This document shows positions 21,717-34,159 of a stretch of 64,000 nucleotides of DNA, one piece after another. The notes under the pieces were generated by a model. The model was given only the letters and a program-made list of their open reading frames with translations, was not told the origin of the DNA and did no database searches. The position numbers and the translations under genes were made by a program. The number at the start of each line of letters is the position of its first letter. Positions within the stretch are counted from its first letter, which is position 1. Source of the DNA: Mitosporidium daphniae (taxonomy: Eukaryota); assembly GCF_000760515.2 (NCBI RefSeq), contig NW_013546132.1:1-64000 (forward strand). Direction: 5' to 3'.

Positions 21717-23151
21717 TTAATAACTTAGCTGGCTACTGTACAGTTGTTGTTTGTAGGCCGAAACAAGGTAGGAACGGGGCGAGACTTTTCGGTCAAAAAT
21801 GCGAATTAGCGATCCGATGTATCCCAATTCTCGAAGCCATTGGACACGATCTGCAAGAATGAGCATCTCGTAACAGGGACCGAGTAACCTTTGGATTGCA
21901 AACAAAAGCGATAATTTACGAAATGCGTCAGAACTTTGCAATTCAGGAAGAATTGCGTTGAAGCACGCGTCGGTAAGGTTTTTAAACTTTTCCCCGCCCT
22001 GGAAAGGTTTCCGCTCATGTCCAAATATGGCGCGTGCAAACGCACCAAAGCCCAAATGCACAGGCACAGCTTTCATGGATCCAAGAAAAGGCAACGAAGA
22101 GCTATCAAATTCACCCTGCAGCTTGGAAACGGAAATGCAGCCCATACGAATCAAAAAGACCTAAAGCAAGAAACACAGCAAAAAATACATGGAAAAGCGC
22201 GCCATAGTAGTGCAGGAGCATCTCCTTATGTGAAATTCTCCGCTCAGGAGGAGCTTGGCACGCCGAATTTAGATGTCCCTTTGTTAATTTGATTTCGCAA
22301 AAATGCCTTGAAAGTGGAAAGTTTCCAGGAACATCTAGCCGATGGTAGCAGCAGCCGACTTGCAAAAGAATTTTTGCCGTTTCTTCTTGGGCCCATTTTC
22401 GTATCATCGATACAGATAGGTTACCACATCCGTGCAATGAGGTCCAAATAGACCATCTGTCCTCCTCTCCGTCATAAAGCCCCCTGGGCGAGTTCTCCGA
22501 AAAATATCCAGGCCGGAAGTTGATGTTAACATGTTCTGCCGTCGCTTTAAATGCCTTTGCTCTGGAGATTTTGAAATGCCTTTTGCTTGCAGCAAGACAA
22601 TTGAGCTCTGATAGATCGATTCCCAGGATGGAGCGATTATTTCTTTGGCCACTCAGGGCTAAAAACGACGAAAGATATCCATGCCCGCAGCCAAGCTCCA
22701 CAATCTTATCGATTGGGCCAGAAAGCAACGAATCAAAAATGCCCGACATAATGACAACCTCGTGTTTCTTCTTTGGAGACATACCCATCGTTAAATGCTG
22801 CGAGACAGCAATTGCATCATTTTTCCTGCTCAATAGATACTGCGTTTTATCATTCAAATCGACATCTTCAAAGGTCAGCACTCGGGACAAAAGATCCCTA
22901 AGTGCCTGCAGTTCTGCATCTCTTTGAAAGAAGCCTCCTTGATGCAGTTCAAAAAAATCTGGTATCAGCCCCTCCCCGGCCTCTGAGCAAAAATCATGGG
23001 CTGGAAAGCACCAAAGATGATTCTTTAAATGAATCGGAAACCGATCAGCTTCCCAGAGGTTATTTTCCAGAAAATCTATGGCAGAAAGAGACGCAACCCA
23101 TGAGTAGTTTTTTTCCTCTAACAAGACCATGCATTCCCGAACCCATTCCAT
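21717..23151 (-). CDS. METTL25/RRNAD1-like SAM methyltransferase, one 28-nt intron near 22160-22187
   Basis: MSPKKKHEV, VELGCGHGYLS, LHGCGNLS, VGCCYH, ILADR, IFDRKVSPR. Confidence 0.85.
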
Positions 23152-23359
23152 AGCTTTTTTAATTAAAACTCGCGGTTTAGGGTTAGGGTTGTCGGTTGAA
23201 AGCTAGTATAGACACCACTTCCCAGCCCAATCTTAGCCTCCGTGCTGCGCCTTGTTTAATTATTTAAGGGTTATGAGGAGGAAGGGCCTACAAGACACCA
23301 GAGATTCACTGAAATAAAAGTGATATGCTTTATAAATTAACAATATAGTACACCAAGGC

Positions 23360-25135
23360 CTAGATGGCAATAACATCATCATATACGATCACATCGTCGC
23401 CGCAACACACACTCAACAGCGCATCGCGGGGATCGGCTCCACTGCAGCCAATATCGTCCTCCAATCCACAATCAGACCCCAGCTTGACTTCTAAAAAGGC
23501 ACCGCAGAAACATATTCCGCTACAATCGCAGATGGAATATTGGCAATAATCGGAATCAAGAGAAGACGTCATCGATTCCGAAGTGACAGAGTTACAATTG
23601 ACTTCGTCCAAATCCAGAGAGGCATAGTTGACCATCAAAGACTTTGGATCGACGGTGAACGTCGTCGTCGGCCTAGGCACTGACCGCACAGAAGGCCAGC
23701 TGATGGAATCATCTTCCATCAAATCATCTGGAGCATCTTCGAGATCATCGGCAGAATCATCTTCCAGATCATCAGAATAACCGCCAGGAAATTCGATCTC
23801 AATGAACTCATCACATGAGGATTGTTGATCTGCAACGCTGACGCCAGCCAAGTCCTTTAACAGCCCAGACAGTATCCGATTCGAACTGGATTGCTTCTTT
23901 TCTTCGTTCGGCGGCTTTGGAACATGAACGGCCTCACAGAAGGGTACATCCGCAAGTCCACAGAGATTTTGATCGCGAGTATCAAACTTGAGAGCAGATA
24001 TAAGCGACGATGTTTCTGAAGGTGAGAGCCACGACGTAACCTTTTCATAATAAACAACATCGTCATTGGGTGATGATGGATGATGGGCAGGTGCTAGGGG
24101 ATTGCCATTAATAAAAGGGTCCGCATTGGGATTGCGAAAAACGGCTGTTTTTGCGATCTTTTTCAAAGGCGGAATTGAGGATCTCCGTCTGCCAAAGGTA
24201 GAGGAAGCCGATTGGATACGCGAAAAAACACGTTCATATTCTTCTGAAGACACAGGGTCATCAATCATTTGATCCATCTCAAGCAGCTCTTCCATCAGCA
24301 AATAATTTACCGGAGGAGAGAGTGCAGCAAACACGGGGGCAGCAGGAGACGTAGAGAGTGTCCTTTTCGCACCATTGGGACCTTCGTCTAAGGGAGACTC
24401 GCCAGACTCCTCTACTAAAGGAAAATATGCCAAAGGCGAAGTCGATGAAGCGGCATTAGCAGAAATCAGATTCAAGTGATTGTAAAATGAAGCCTGATGA
24501 TCATACGAGATATTATTATCAATGATAACCAGAGATTCAGGTGAAGTGGAGGGAAAATCTGAAGATCCCCCGTAAGAAGGCGTCCAATCTTGCACCGGAG
24601 TGGCCGACTCTTCTGTTGACAGGATCTTTTTCTTTTTTAACGTCTGCGTAATGGAGTTGAAGACTCGCGGTGACATTTGCTTAAGAGCTTGTAGTAAAGT
24701 ATCCTAAAAGGTAAATATCTGATCAATGGGTAGATGAAAAAGAAACTGATGGATCGAGCTTACTTTATCGACGTTTGAGAGCGTCTTAACGCATTTGGAG
24801 AGGACCGTCGATGACGAGGCGGACTGAAGCTGAGAAAGCGGGGTAGGAGCGCAAGTGCAGCTATCATCGCAAACAAGACAAAGGTGCGAAGAGTCTGTCG
24901 TCGCTGGAGAGTTCATCATCAAAGATGTCGCATTAGCAACTGCAAGACGAGACGATGCATCGGTATATAATTGTTGAGGATGGGACCCTCTTTGGTGGAT
25001 GGGGATGGGCTGTGTGCCATTAGACGATGGCTTTGAGGCCGGAATGCTCTCCGAGCCACGCCGTCGACGGGGCACAGATGCACCACTCCCCGATCCTGTT
25101 CCTCGGACGTCAGTGTTGCAAGCGCTCGTGGACAT
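23360..25135 (-). CDS. Hypothetical acidic disordered protein with Cys clusters (CLVCDDSCTC; CDCSGICFC); intron 24704-24763
   Basis: Two same-frame ORFs joined by a 60-nt GTAAG..TTTTAG intron. Confidence 0.6.
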
Positions 25136-25572
25136 CTCAAATAAGGGGATGTAACGGAAAATTAGCTTTTAAAATGTCGCGTAGTAAACAAATTACAATT
25201 TACAATCGATACTATTGGCTGATGTAGGCCAATCATGCTGTGATCTCCTCAAAAAGATTGAGTCATCGCATCGATGATGAGATGAGATCAAAGCACACGA
25301 ACACTATCAAGCTACGCTGAAATATTTGTACAAATTGGGCACTTTTATCTGATCAACGCGATCCTTTTTGTCGCATCCATGGTATTTTATTTTCATGCAG
25401 TCTGCATTTGTCAGACTCAAATCCAAAGAAACCATTTTGTTACAGAAAAGTTTGACTCGACCAAAAAAATATTCGATATGTCATGCATGCAGGGGATACT
25501 ATTTCTTCGCTAGATACATTAAGTTGATGACCTTTTGCATGGAACACATAATTTATTAAATTAACGTGGAGT

Positions 25573-25600
25573 AAAAATAAAATAAAATAAAATAAAATAA
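25573..25600 (+). repeat. (AAAAT)n microsatellite upstream of NSR1
   Basis: taaaaataaaataaaataaaataaaataa. Confidence 0.8.
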
Positions 25601-25677
25601 AGAAAATTAAATTCAAATTCGCATTTTACACGGCCATAAATAAAAATCCTTCAACGGTTTTTTTATCAAACACTACA

Positions 25678-26838
25678 ATGCCACCTCGTCGAGCCCCGCA
25701 GCCTCCTCCTTCGTCTTCCGATTCCACTTCATCATCGGATTCAGAGTTATCTGACAAGGCCCTTAAAAGCATGAACGATACAGATGATAGCAGCAGCTCT
25801 TCCAGCTCCTCATCGTCTTCGTCCTCCGACTCGTCTTCAGATTCATCCTCTTCAGAATCGTCTTCAGATTCATCGTCTTCGTCCTCTGACTCGTCTTCGG
25901 ATTCATCCTCCTCAGAATCGTCTTCAGATTCATCAGATGAGTCATCCTCTGAAGATTCTTCTTCTGAGAAAACATCCAAAAAAGACTCTTCCGATGATTC
26001 TTCAGATGACGAATCCTCCTCAGAAGGCTCTTCTTCATCTTCTGATGCTGACTCTGAAGAAGAAACAAAACCTCTTCATATTGAGCCCGCTCAATCCTTC
26101 ACACCATCACCATCGTCGTCGCCACCGCCATCTGAATTCACACTATTTGTAGGTAACCTTCCATACGATGCTACAAAAGAGGCTCTTATGGACCTCTTTT
26201 CGCCATTTGGGCCAGTTCAAAGCGTTCGTTTGATTACCGATCAACGTACGGGCCGCTCTAAGGGCTTTGCTTATGTCATATTTGCGACAGAAGATTCTCT
26301 TGATGCCGTTCTCAGCGAGAATGCTTTAGAACTCTCCGGTCGAAGTCTCAATATAGACCGTGCCGCTTCGCGCCCTGCATCTGACGCACAAAGATTTCCA
26401 AGGGGTGCTTCGTCGGCACCGTCATCTCCTGGGTCCTCATCTCCACCGACTCCGACTCTTTTTGTTGGAAATCTTTCCTTTTCTGTCAGCGAATCGATGT
26501 TGAAGGATGCATTTTCCTCGTACGGTGAAGTCATATCCTGCCGTATTCCCACCAATACTGAGGACGGCCGATCTCGCGGCTATGGGTTTGTTCAATTTGC
26601 CGATACGTCGTCGGCTGTCGCCGCGCACGCCGCCCCTCGCTTTGAAATAGAGGGACGCTTTGTTAGACTTGACTTTGATAATCCATCTTCATCGCCACGA
26701 AAGCGCGAGTTTAATACTCCTCAGGGAGGTAATGGCCATCGCGGTGGTAACCGTGGCGGAAATCGCGGTGGAAACCGCGGCGGTCGTGCTTCTGCCGGCA
26801 GCCCTCCCCCCAGCAAGCACCAGCGCTACTTTGACTGA
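25678..26838 (+). CDS. NSR1: Nucleolin-like protein Nsr1/Gar2
   Basis: Ser/Asp/Glu N-terminus, two RRMs (LFVGNL; KGFAYV / RGYGFVQF), (NRGG)n tail. Confidence 0.88.
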   Translation: MPPRRAPQPPPSSSDSTSSSDSELSDKALKSMNDTDDSSSSSSSSSSSSSDSSSDSSSSESSSDSSSSSSDSSSDSSSSESSSDSSDESSSEDSSSEKTSKKDSSDDSSDDESSSEGSSSSSDADSEEETKPLHIEPAQSFTPSPSSSPPPSEFTLFVGNLPYDATKEALMDLFSPFGPVQSVRLITDQRTGRSKGFAYVIFATEDSLDAVLSENALELSGRSLNIDRAASRPASDAQRFPRGASSAPSSPGSSSPPTPTLFVGNLSFSVSESMLKDAFSSYGEVISCRIPTNTEDGRSRGYGFVQFADTSSAVAAHAAPRFEIEGRFVRLDFDNPSSSPRKREFNTPQGGNGHRGGNRGGNRGGNRGGRASAGSPPPSKHQRYFD

Positions 26839-27125
26839 TCTAACTTAATACACAGAAACAATTTAATTTTTAAATAGAGGCGGGGTTTTAAACGAATGTG
26901 TCTTTCAAGTAGCCAGGAATTCTCTATCGTTTGGTAAGAGGGGTCATTTAATTTGAATTTTGCCTCCGGTTTTATTATATTCCTTCACACTATCGTCCTG
27001 AATAACCGAAACCATTTAAATTTAAAAATATCACACTTTTCATAGATCGCACCCCCTTAATAATCATGCAATTTGCAAGACGAATTTAATTGACTAATAT
27101 CCTTAAACCGAATGTATTTTTAATT

Positions 27126-28070
27126 ATGAAAGCTAGCGTTCCTATAAATCTTCTCCTTGCTTTTGTCATTTGTTCGAATTTACTTTTCTTTGTATGTAGC
27201 TGTACTAAAGAACCTTTTGAGAATGTTTACTGCAATCTTGAAGATATTTTCGCTGACTTTATTCGCAGCTTACCTCAAAATGCTTTTAACCAAAAATATT
27301 TGGATATCTACAACGATCAAGTTAAGATAATGATTAAGCTCTTTGATTTTCTAAAAAAATATTTTTCGATATCCGGATTAAGTAAGCTGTCTCGAGTAAA
27401 ACAAGCCAACTTTGGTATTTTCAAGTTAATCTCCGAGATTCAGAATGATCCAAATAATTGTCAAATGGAAAAGGCTTCCGAGCTATCAAAGCAGATTACT
27501 CAAGTAATTAATATGATAAAACATCAGAAGGATGAAATTAGAATGAAAAAACATGAAACTGGCCTAATCGACGATGATTTCAATTTTTTTAAAACAATCC
27601 ACGATTATATCCAGGAAATTGAAGTTAACTTGAGTCGTTCAAGTGAGTTTCTTGAAAATATTATTCAAGATCAGGGCTCTTCGACATTAGATCCTTCTTG
27701 GATCGTTTGTGAACATTCAGAGGTTCAGGGCAATTACATCCTTGTTAATGCAGACAATGCTCGAGAACTTAATGACGAGGAATGCACTCCTCCAAAGATA
27801 ATTCATAAACCTAAAAAAAGAGAATTCTCGATACTTTATGGCATACAACAAAATCAATTTTTTTTGAATGAAATTTTTTTGAAATTTGGGTTTCTTTTCG
27901 ACCTTAAAAGGTCGAAAAGAAACCCAAAAGATGCTTTCAAAGAAAATCTTAAAATTGTGGTTCCTGAGTTAATAAAAGTAATTGAAGATGAAATCAAAGA
28001 ACAACATAAGCAAGCAAAGATACTAGAAAATTGGAAAGAAGAGCTTTCTGAAAAAAATCGCATACCGTAG
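27126..28070 (+). CDS. Hypothetical secreted protein, AT-rich, intronless
   Basis: Signal-peptide-like N-terminus; visibly lower GC than neighbours. Confidence 0.65.
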   Translation: MKASVPINLLLAFVICSNLLFFVCSCTKEPFENVYCNLEDIFADFIRSLPQNAFNQKYLDIYNDQVKIMIKLFDFLKKYFSISGLSKLSRVKQANFGIFKLISEIQNDPNNCQMEKASELSKQITQVINMIKHQKDEIRMKKHETGLIDDDFNFFKTIHDYIQEIEVNLSRSSEFLENIIQDQGSSTLDPSWIVCEHSEVQGNYILVNADNARELNDEECTPPKIIHKPKKREFSILYGIQQNQFFLNEIFLKFGFLFDLKRSKRNPKDAFKENLKIVVPELIKVIEDEIKEQHKQAKILENWKEELSEKNRIP

Positions 28071-28585
28071 GTAGTCCAGGAAATTCTCAAATAGTGATCT
28101 TTATAACAACCCGCCCATTAATCGATCACTCAATAAAATATCAACGCATTAATATTTCGATAGCATCAATTCCAAATGGTTCCCATATAGCGAAAATTAA
28201 AAGAAGGCACAAAAACCGCGAAATGAGATGTGACCGTTGACAGGTTAGCCGCAAGTGATAAAAGATAGAATGTACTTGCAAACAATCCGACCCATATCAA
28301 GCCTCTCACCAGCACATTTCCGCATATTCCGAAGCTCCATCCGCTTTATCCAATTTGCCCCCTGCCGGTCGCTGCGGAAACGAGGTCCTCAACCTGCCCT
28401 ACTAATCAAAATAAATCAACAAACATTAGGGGCAAGGTTGCCATTGGGCACCGCAACCGATCGATCAAGAGGGCTTTGCTACGGCCATGTCTAGATGACC
28501 TTCGTTTGGTATTGCGAGATAATTTATAAATTCTGAAAAGCCGGAATTTAACATTTTATAAAAGCAGAAAAAATTCCGCAACTCA

Positions 28586-28943
28586 ATGGGCTCACCTTGT
28601 ACGGCTACCGCTGTTTGTCTACCAACCCCCGATAGCGCCAGTTCGCCTGCAAAGAAAAAACTGTCGTCAAAGATCACCTCAATGAAGTTCATGCAAAGAG
28701 GTTTACTCCCTTCAGGGATGTCCTCTCACGCGTGCGGTACATCGAACCACCCAAGGAATCGACTGGTTGCCAAAAAAGGTGCAAAGTACTTGAGACAGTA
28801 AGTGATGCCATTGATTTTTTAGATCCTCAACACTATTCCATGTCGATTGGAGTGAAAATCATGGAGGAGATGCTAGGTTGGGACGTAATACCAAGCTTAG
28901 ACGTCATTTCCCCGGCTCCAACAAGGAGGAAACCTTGCAGTGA
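28586..28943 (+). CDS. MPP6: Exosome cofactor Mpp6-like; intron 28798-28822
   Basis: LSSKITSMKFMQR motif; spliced frame gives RRHFPGSNKE, resembling the GRxSFxGFN motif. Confidence 0.65.
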
Positions 28944-29144
28944 CTTTTTGCAAGCAAAAATGTCCAAGCTTTTGCTGGCGTAGGCGCCTTTCAATAAACC
29001 TAACCCTAACCCGTTGTCCATTTTTATTGTGCCACCGCACTCCACACCCAAATAGGGGCCCCCTTTCGAACCGGTTAAATTGACAAGCCCCACACACTCC
29101 GCCCTTTGCCCCTTTCGAGTCCAATCACCACTTGCCGTCAATAT

Positions 29145-32100
29145 TTATTGAAATGGAGTGACGATGAGAAATGGAACATCAACGTCATCTCCCTCAGCGT
29201 CGCTAGCGAGTACTTCCAAAACAAATTCATCGCCAATGGAGCTCGTCGATCCAGTTACATGCTCGATCAGTGCGGGAAGGGTCAATGCCATTCGTTTTCG
29301 TTCTTCATCCTTTGATCTTATCATAAAAGGCGAGTAAAGCATCGATGTTCCACAAGAAACCATGGAAATATCCAGCTGCTCGTTCTCCTGAAAGTATTTG
29401 ATAAGGTCTGCAAGGGTTTTGGTGGAATCCATTATAATCCTATCCCATAGTGTCCATGGCCGTCCTTTTGTTAACAACGCTGCCTGTATTGGCTCCGAAA
29501 AGGCAAAGAATGGAAGCGCCAAATTGCAAAACGCGTTCTTAAAGCTCTCCACTGGAATTTCTGCTTTGTTGAAAAGGAACTGAACAACCTAACAACGTTA
29601 AGCCAAGCGCATCATTACCTTGTAAAATTCGAGGGACACCAGTCCAGCTACAAACGCAGTTGTCGTCGCAATTGCGGGAATTATTTTCCCAGCAATGCCT
29701 TTGACAGTGTGTCGATCACTGACCGGAATGCCATAATTCATCGAGCGCAAATTTGCAGCGGCAGTTATAAAAGAAATGTGAAAGTTAGCATCGTCGTCCT
29801 AGCAGCAGATGAGCAAAAAACCTACCTTTTCAAAGGAAAGTGGCTTTGGGTGGCATGTTGCCACCTTGTTTGGCTCGGGCAGTAGCGAAAAAAGATCAAG
29901 CGAAACCTCTTTAGCTCCTTCCTGTTCAGCTTCTCGATCGGTCGTTGCAATTTTCATTCCATCTTTGGGTACAAATTTTTCGATTTTTGCCTTGCAGAGA
30001 ATGTCTTCCAACTTGATCGGGGCCGATGGGATTTCAATCGAGTACGCATCGGCTCGAAGTCTTGCAGCCGAAAAAATAAACTCTTGATGCAGCGGGATCG
30101 AGAGGTCCAGCTCAATGGGCGTGGGGCACCGTTTGGGGCCCGACCAAAAATCGGCTCCCGTGCTTGTTTTTGTATCTGGAGGGAAATTGAACAGAAGCTG
30201 TGAAATGGGATTTCGAAAAGAGCCAACAAATAGCTTCATTGCCCATATGAGGCACGATTCGAAATCTTTTGGAAACTCATCCAAAAGCGTCTCCTTCAAA
30301 ATGACAATGGAGTCTGGGGAGTTGGATGAAAATCGGTCCCTAAACTCGCCCAACGAACCAGACTCCAAGTATTGGCCCACAACTTCAGGGCCGTTCTTGA
30401 AAAGGCCTTGGAAAAGATCAAGTGCCCATTGGATCGTATGCTCCGGGTTGCTTGGAAAGTTTTTCAGTGTGCACACGGGAATCGATTTTTCTGGAGGATC
30501 CTGCGAGGACGAGTATGATTCTGTGACACGGGGCAACACAACCTATGCAGCCAATGAGAAATGATTGATATGAAGATGCAAAAGAATCAAAAAAGGAAAC
30601 GCAAGGGTAAAATTGCGGGCCCAAAGGAAAAAAATAACATCTAAATTGCAAAGACAAAGCAGCAAAAGAGGAAGCCAAAGTGGAAGCGTATTTTTGTAAC
30701 AAAGACGCGAAAATCAGCAAGCTGAAACACATACCTGGGTGTTGCACTTTGTACCCAATGTGCCGCTCTCCAGTAGCGGTTTCTCAAAGAAAACACATCT
30801 ACGATCTACGTAACGCCTTGCATCGACATTATCCAAAGCGTTGACAACGATGTCGATACCAGAAAAAAAATTCCTTCCGAAAATATCTAAAATCACAGCA
30901 GTTCAAGTTACGTTCTGATTCGGGCGAAACTCGTTCTTGAAGTGCGACAATCGGCTTTTTCGTATAATCCGAGTTCATCCGCTCAACGGCGGCAGCGGCC
31001 GTGACGCTCTTTGGCATCTGAATATCGGTAGATCGAAAGAGGAGCTGTCGATTTAAATTGCTCCGCTCAATCAAGTCCATGTCCGTGACGACGATGGAGG
31101 AGGAACCACGAAGACCAACCCCCATCATTGCCCATATTTTCAATAGCTCACAACCGATTGCGCCAGCGCCCACCAGAAAAACCCCCTGCTGTTGGACAAC
31201 ATCAACAAACTTCTTCCCAAAAACAGCATATTGCATGTCATAGCGGCTATTGATTGGAGCCGTGTTTTCGGGTGTAGGAGCAAGCGGCCCTGCAGAATTT
31301 GGGAGGCATTCCGCGGCATCAAAGCAAAAGTACTGCTGGATGGGGCAAAATTTTCCACTGATAGACTAATGATCAGAGGGGGGAAGAATGGAACCTTTAG
31401 CGCCTCTTGAGCCACCAGCCCTCCAATGACGGAGCATATGGCCGGGATAGAGCCTGTCACGCCAAACGCAAATTGCCGCCACAAGTGTTCGTTTTTAGAT
31501 CGATCCACGTTAAACAGAACGGACTTTTGCACACAAATCTCGATAAATCTATTCGCATCCTCTATGGATTGCGGAATCGGTAAACGCTCGTATTTTTTCC
31601 AAAAGCCCCCGATTGCAATGAACGCAATAAGAATGGGAAGTGACCGGTCATCCTTGGCAAAGTCCGAGCAAATGAATGGAACATGGGCGCCCTCCGAAAA
31701 GATGGCACTGGCTCTTTTCTATACAAAATAAGCAAAGATAAATTCGCACGAAATCAATCCGCTTTGGAACTTTGGTCTGCACAAATTCCCCTGAAAGCAC
31801 GCCTTCTGGCATGCGGTTTGAGCCAATGTCAATTGTAAATGAAAAGGCATCAATGATTTTCTTGACAAAGAAAGGGCCAAACGTAGTGTTGGACTTTGAT
31901 GGCACTAGTTTGACGGAATCGCCAGCCTCCAGTTGATGGCGAGAGTCTTCATGAGATGTCACAATGACCTCTGCATTTTCAAGCTGCGATAGATGATCAT
32001 AGAGGCCGCTGAGTGGCGGCTCCCCATTCGTGTCCAGAACGGTGAAATTTTCCAGGAAATCGCAAAAAACGAACCCAAAGAGCCCACGTGCGCATGCGGC

Positions 32101-32670
32101 AATAAAATGAACGTTCATCGCAGCGCATTGCTCATCCAAAGCAACGACTTCGTCTGAAATTAGCAAAACCACGCACCTTCATAGTCGATAAGCTCGCTCA
32201 AGATCACAACATCTGCACTCTGTAGCAACGAATTGTCAACAAAGTAGCAAGGCCCTTTTTTCAAGGTGGATGACATTGAAAAGTCCGCTGATGATGCTTG
32301 CATTTTGGCGGGGTTTAAGCCAACCGTGACAGAAACGTTCATGTTGAGCGAACGGAGGTGCTCCAAAGACGCCTCATCACGCCGCGATCCGATGTCCTTC
32401 TCTGTGAGGTAGTACTAACCGTAAATTTAAGCGTAATACTTGTGAGCCAAAGTCTTGGATGGTTACCAATGTCTCGTCATAGATGACTAGCGAATGGACG
32501 CCTGCAAGGACGAGATTCTTGGCGATTTCCACGCCAAGACCACCCATACCGAGTAAAAGAACAGAAGAAGAAAGCATGCGTTTCATCGCATCATGGCCGA
32601 GGACGTACAATTGGCGTGAATACAACGACTCGTCAATCTCATGTTTTCTGGTTGTGGCCTGTTGGGGCAT
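29145..32670 (-). CDS. UBA1: Ubiquitin-activating enzyme E1, about 8 introns
   Basis: [64 protein letters not shown]. Confidence 0.95.
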
Positions 32671-32949
32671 GAATAAAAATTATGTCAAATTGTAACTTGG
32701 CAAATAAATTTGAATTAAATTGAAATACAGTGCATGCGCCGGGGCTAATAACATGCACCATACCAAGCACGTAGTGGCGACGAATACTCCGCGTCAAGGT
32801 TGAGGAAGCCCAACGTCAGCCCTAACCACACAATTGCTCAAACGAGAGGCAGGTTATATAGTTGATAGCCTTAAGATACGGGGTTCCCTGCCAGGGTTAC
32901 AAGTTCGTTTATTAAAATTTGTACAATATGATTATGCACCGCATCCACA

Positions 32950-33966
32950 TCACATGTCGCAGTTAATCTGGCACTTGCAGTTTTCTTGGTAGGCAGAAAT
33001 CCTCTTCTGCAGCTGGTCGATAATGGAGCAGCAGGAAGTCTCTGGGATTCGTTGACTCTCCAGCATAGCTACTTCTTGCTGCTTTTTTTCCAGCATCTTC
33101 AGCTGCGCGCTATCCCATTGTCCTCGCTGGACAGTCAGATCTAGCAATCGCTGTGCCAATGAAATCTCTAAGCCGCTTTGAAGCGCCATGTTCGTTGCCT
33201 GCTGGCATGGGCATGAGGATTTCTGTTTCTTGAAAAGATGGCCAAGAAGGGCTTCCACCGTTGAAAGCACTACGGCATGCATCTGAGCGCAGGCACTTTT
33301 GGAGATGGTAGCCCATGGCGCCAAACGCACAAGACTATATACATGCTCAAAGGGTCTTTCAGCACACCTACGCGAGAAATGAATCAGGAAAAAGCTCCAC
33401 ATTATTAACACCTACCTGATCATTAAATTTCTCATCAATACCTTGTAGTAGCGGCAAATCGTGGCAAGCGAGGTCTCCTCCTCCGTTGTCAGTAGCGCAT
33501 CCTTACATGCACGTGGAAAATGCGCCTTGAGAAGTTCAATCCACGAAGAGCGCATAAGAAAAACCTCTCTGCTTTTAAGCAGCTGGCGATGAGCACGCGC
33601 AAGCGCATCCACCAGCTCTCTGAACTCGGAAAACTCGACATAAATTTCGTTGCGTGTTTTTCCGCTAGCACGGTCGATCGGGATATGGATGCCCGCAATC
33701 TCGACTTCATATTCGTGGAAAAAGGCTCGCACGTCGCCGCTGGAAACCTCCCATGGAATGTTGGTCATCTTAAGCAAGGGCCGCTCAACAGTACCGGGAA
33801 ATCTAAAACGGCCCATCCGCTCCGCAAGACAAAGAACCTCGTCTTGCGTCTCGACGCAATCGCCAGCTGTAGGCGGGGCCCCCGCCCGAGGCCCCACATA
33901 CAGGTCTCCAAAGCGTTCGCGAATGCGGAAGATCTGCAGCGCCGCAGAAAGAGGCGTAGGCTCCAT
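32950..33966 (-). CDS. RRM-containing protein, intron(s) at 33385/33412-33441
   Basis: LLKMTNIPWEVS...IHIPIDRASGKT..IYVEF RRM; second exon HFSRRCAERPFE. Confidence 0.7.
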
Positions 33967-34159
33967 GGCAGATTCCTACCACGGGTCCATATATGCTCCT
34001 CGCTATCAACCGATCAGCATAAAAGACGCATATCCAGGAAAGGAAACATCAAAATATTCAAGGGATTTTACTAAACTAGTGCGTGCTGAAATTCAACCCC
34101 AACTTCAATGTGTTCAATAAATTCATTTAATTAACTTCAGTGCAGCCCAGCCAGCTACC

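Noticed and set aside
25626..26152. Overlapping acidic and Arg/Pro-rich ORFs
   Set aside because: Alternative-frame shadows of the NSR1 low-complexity region
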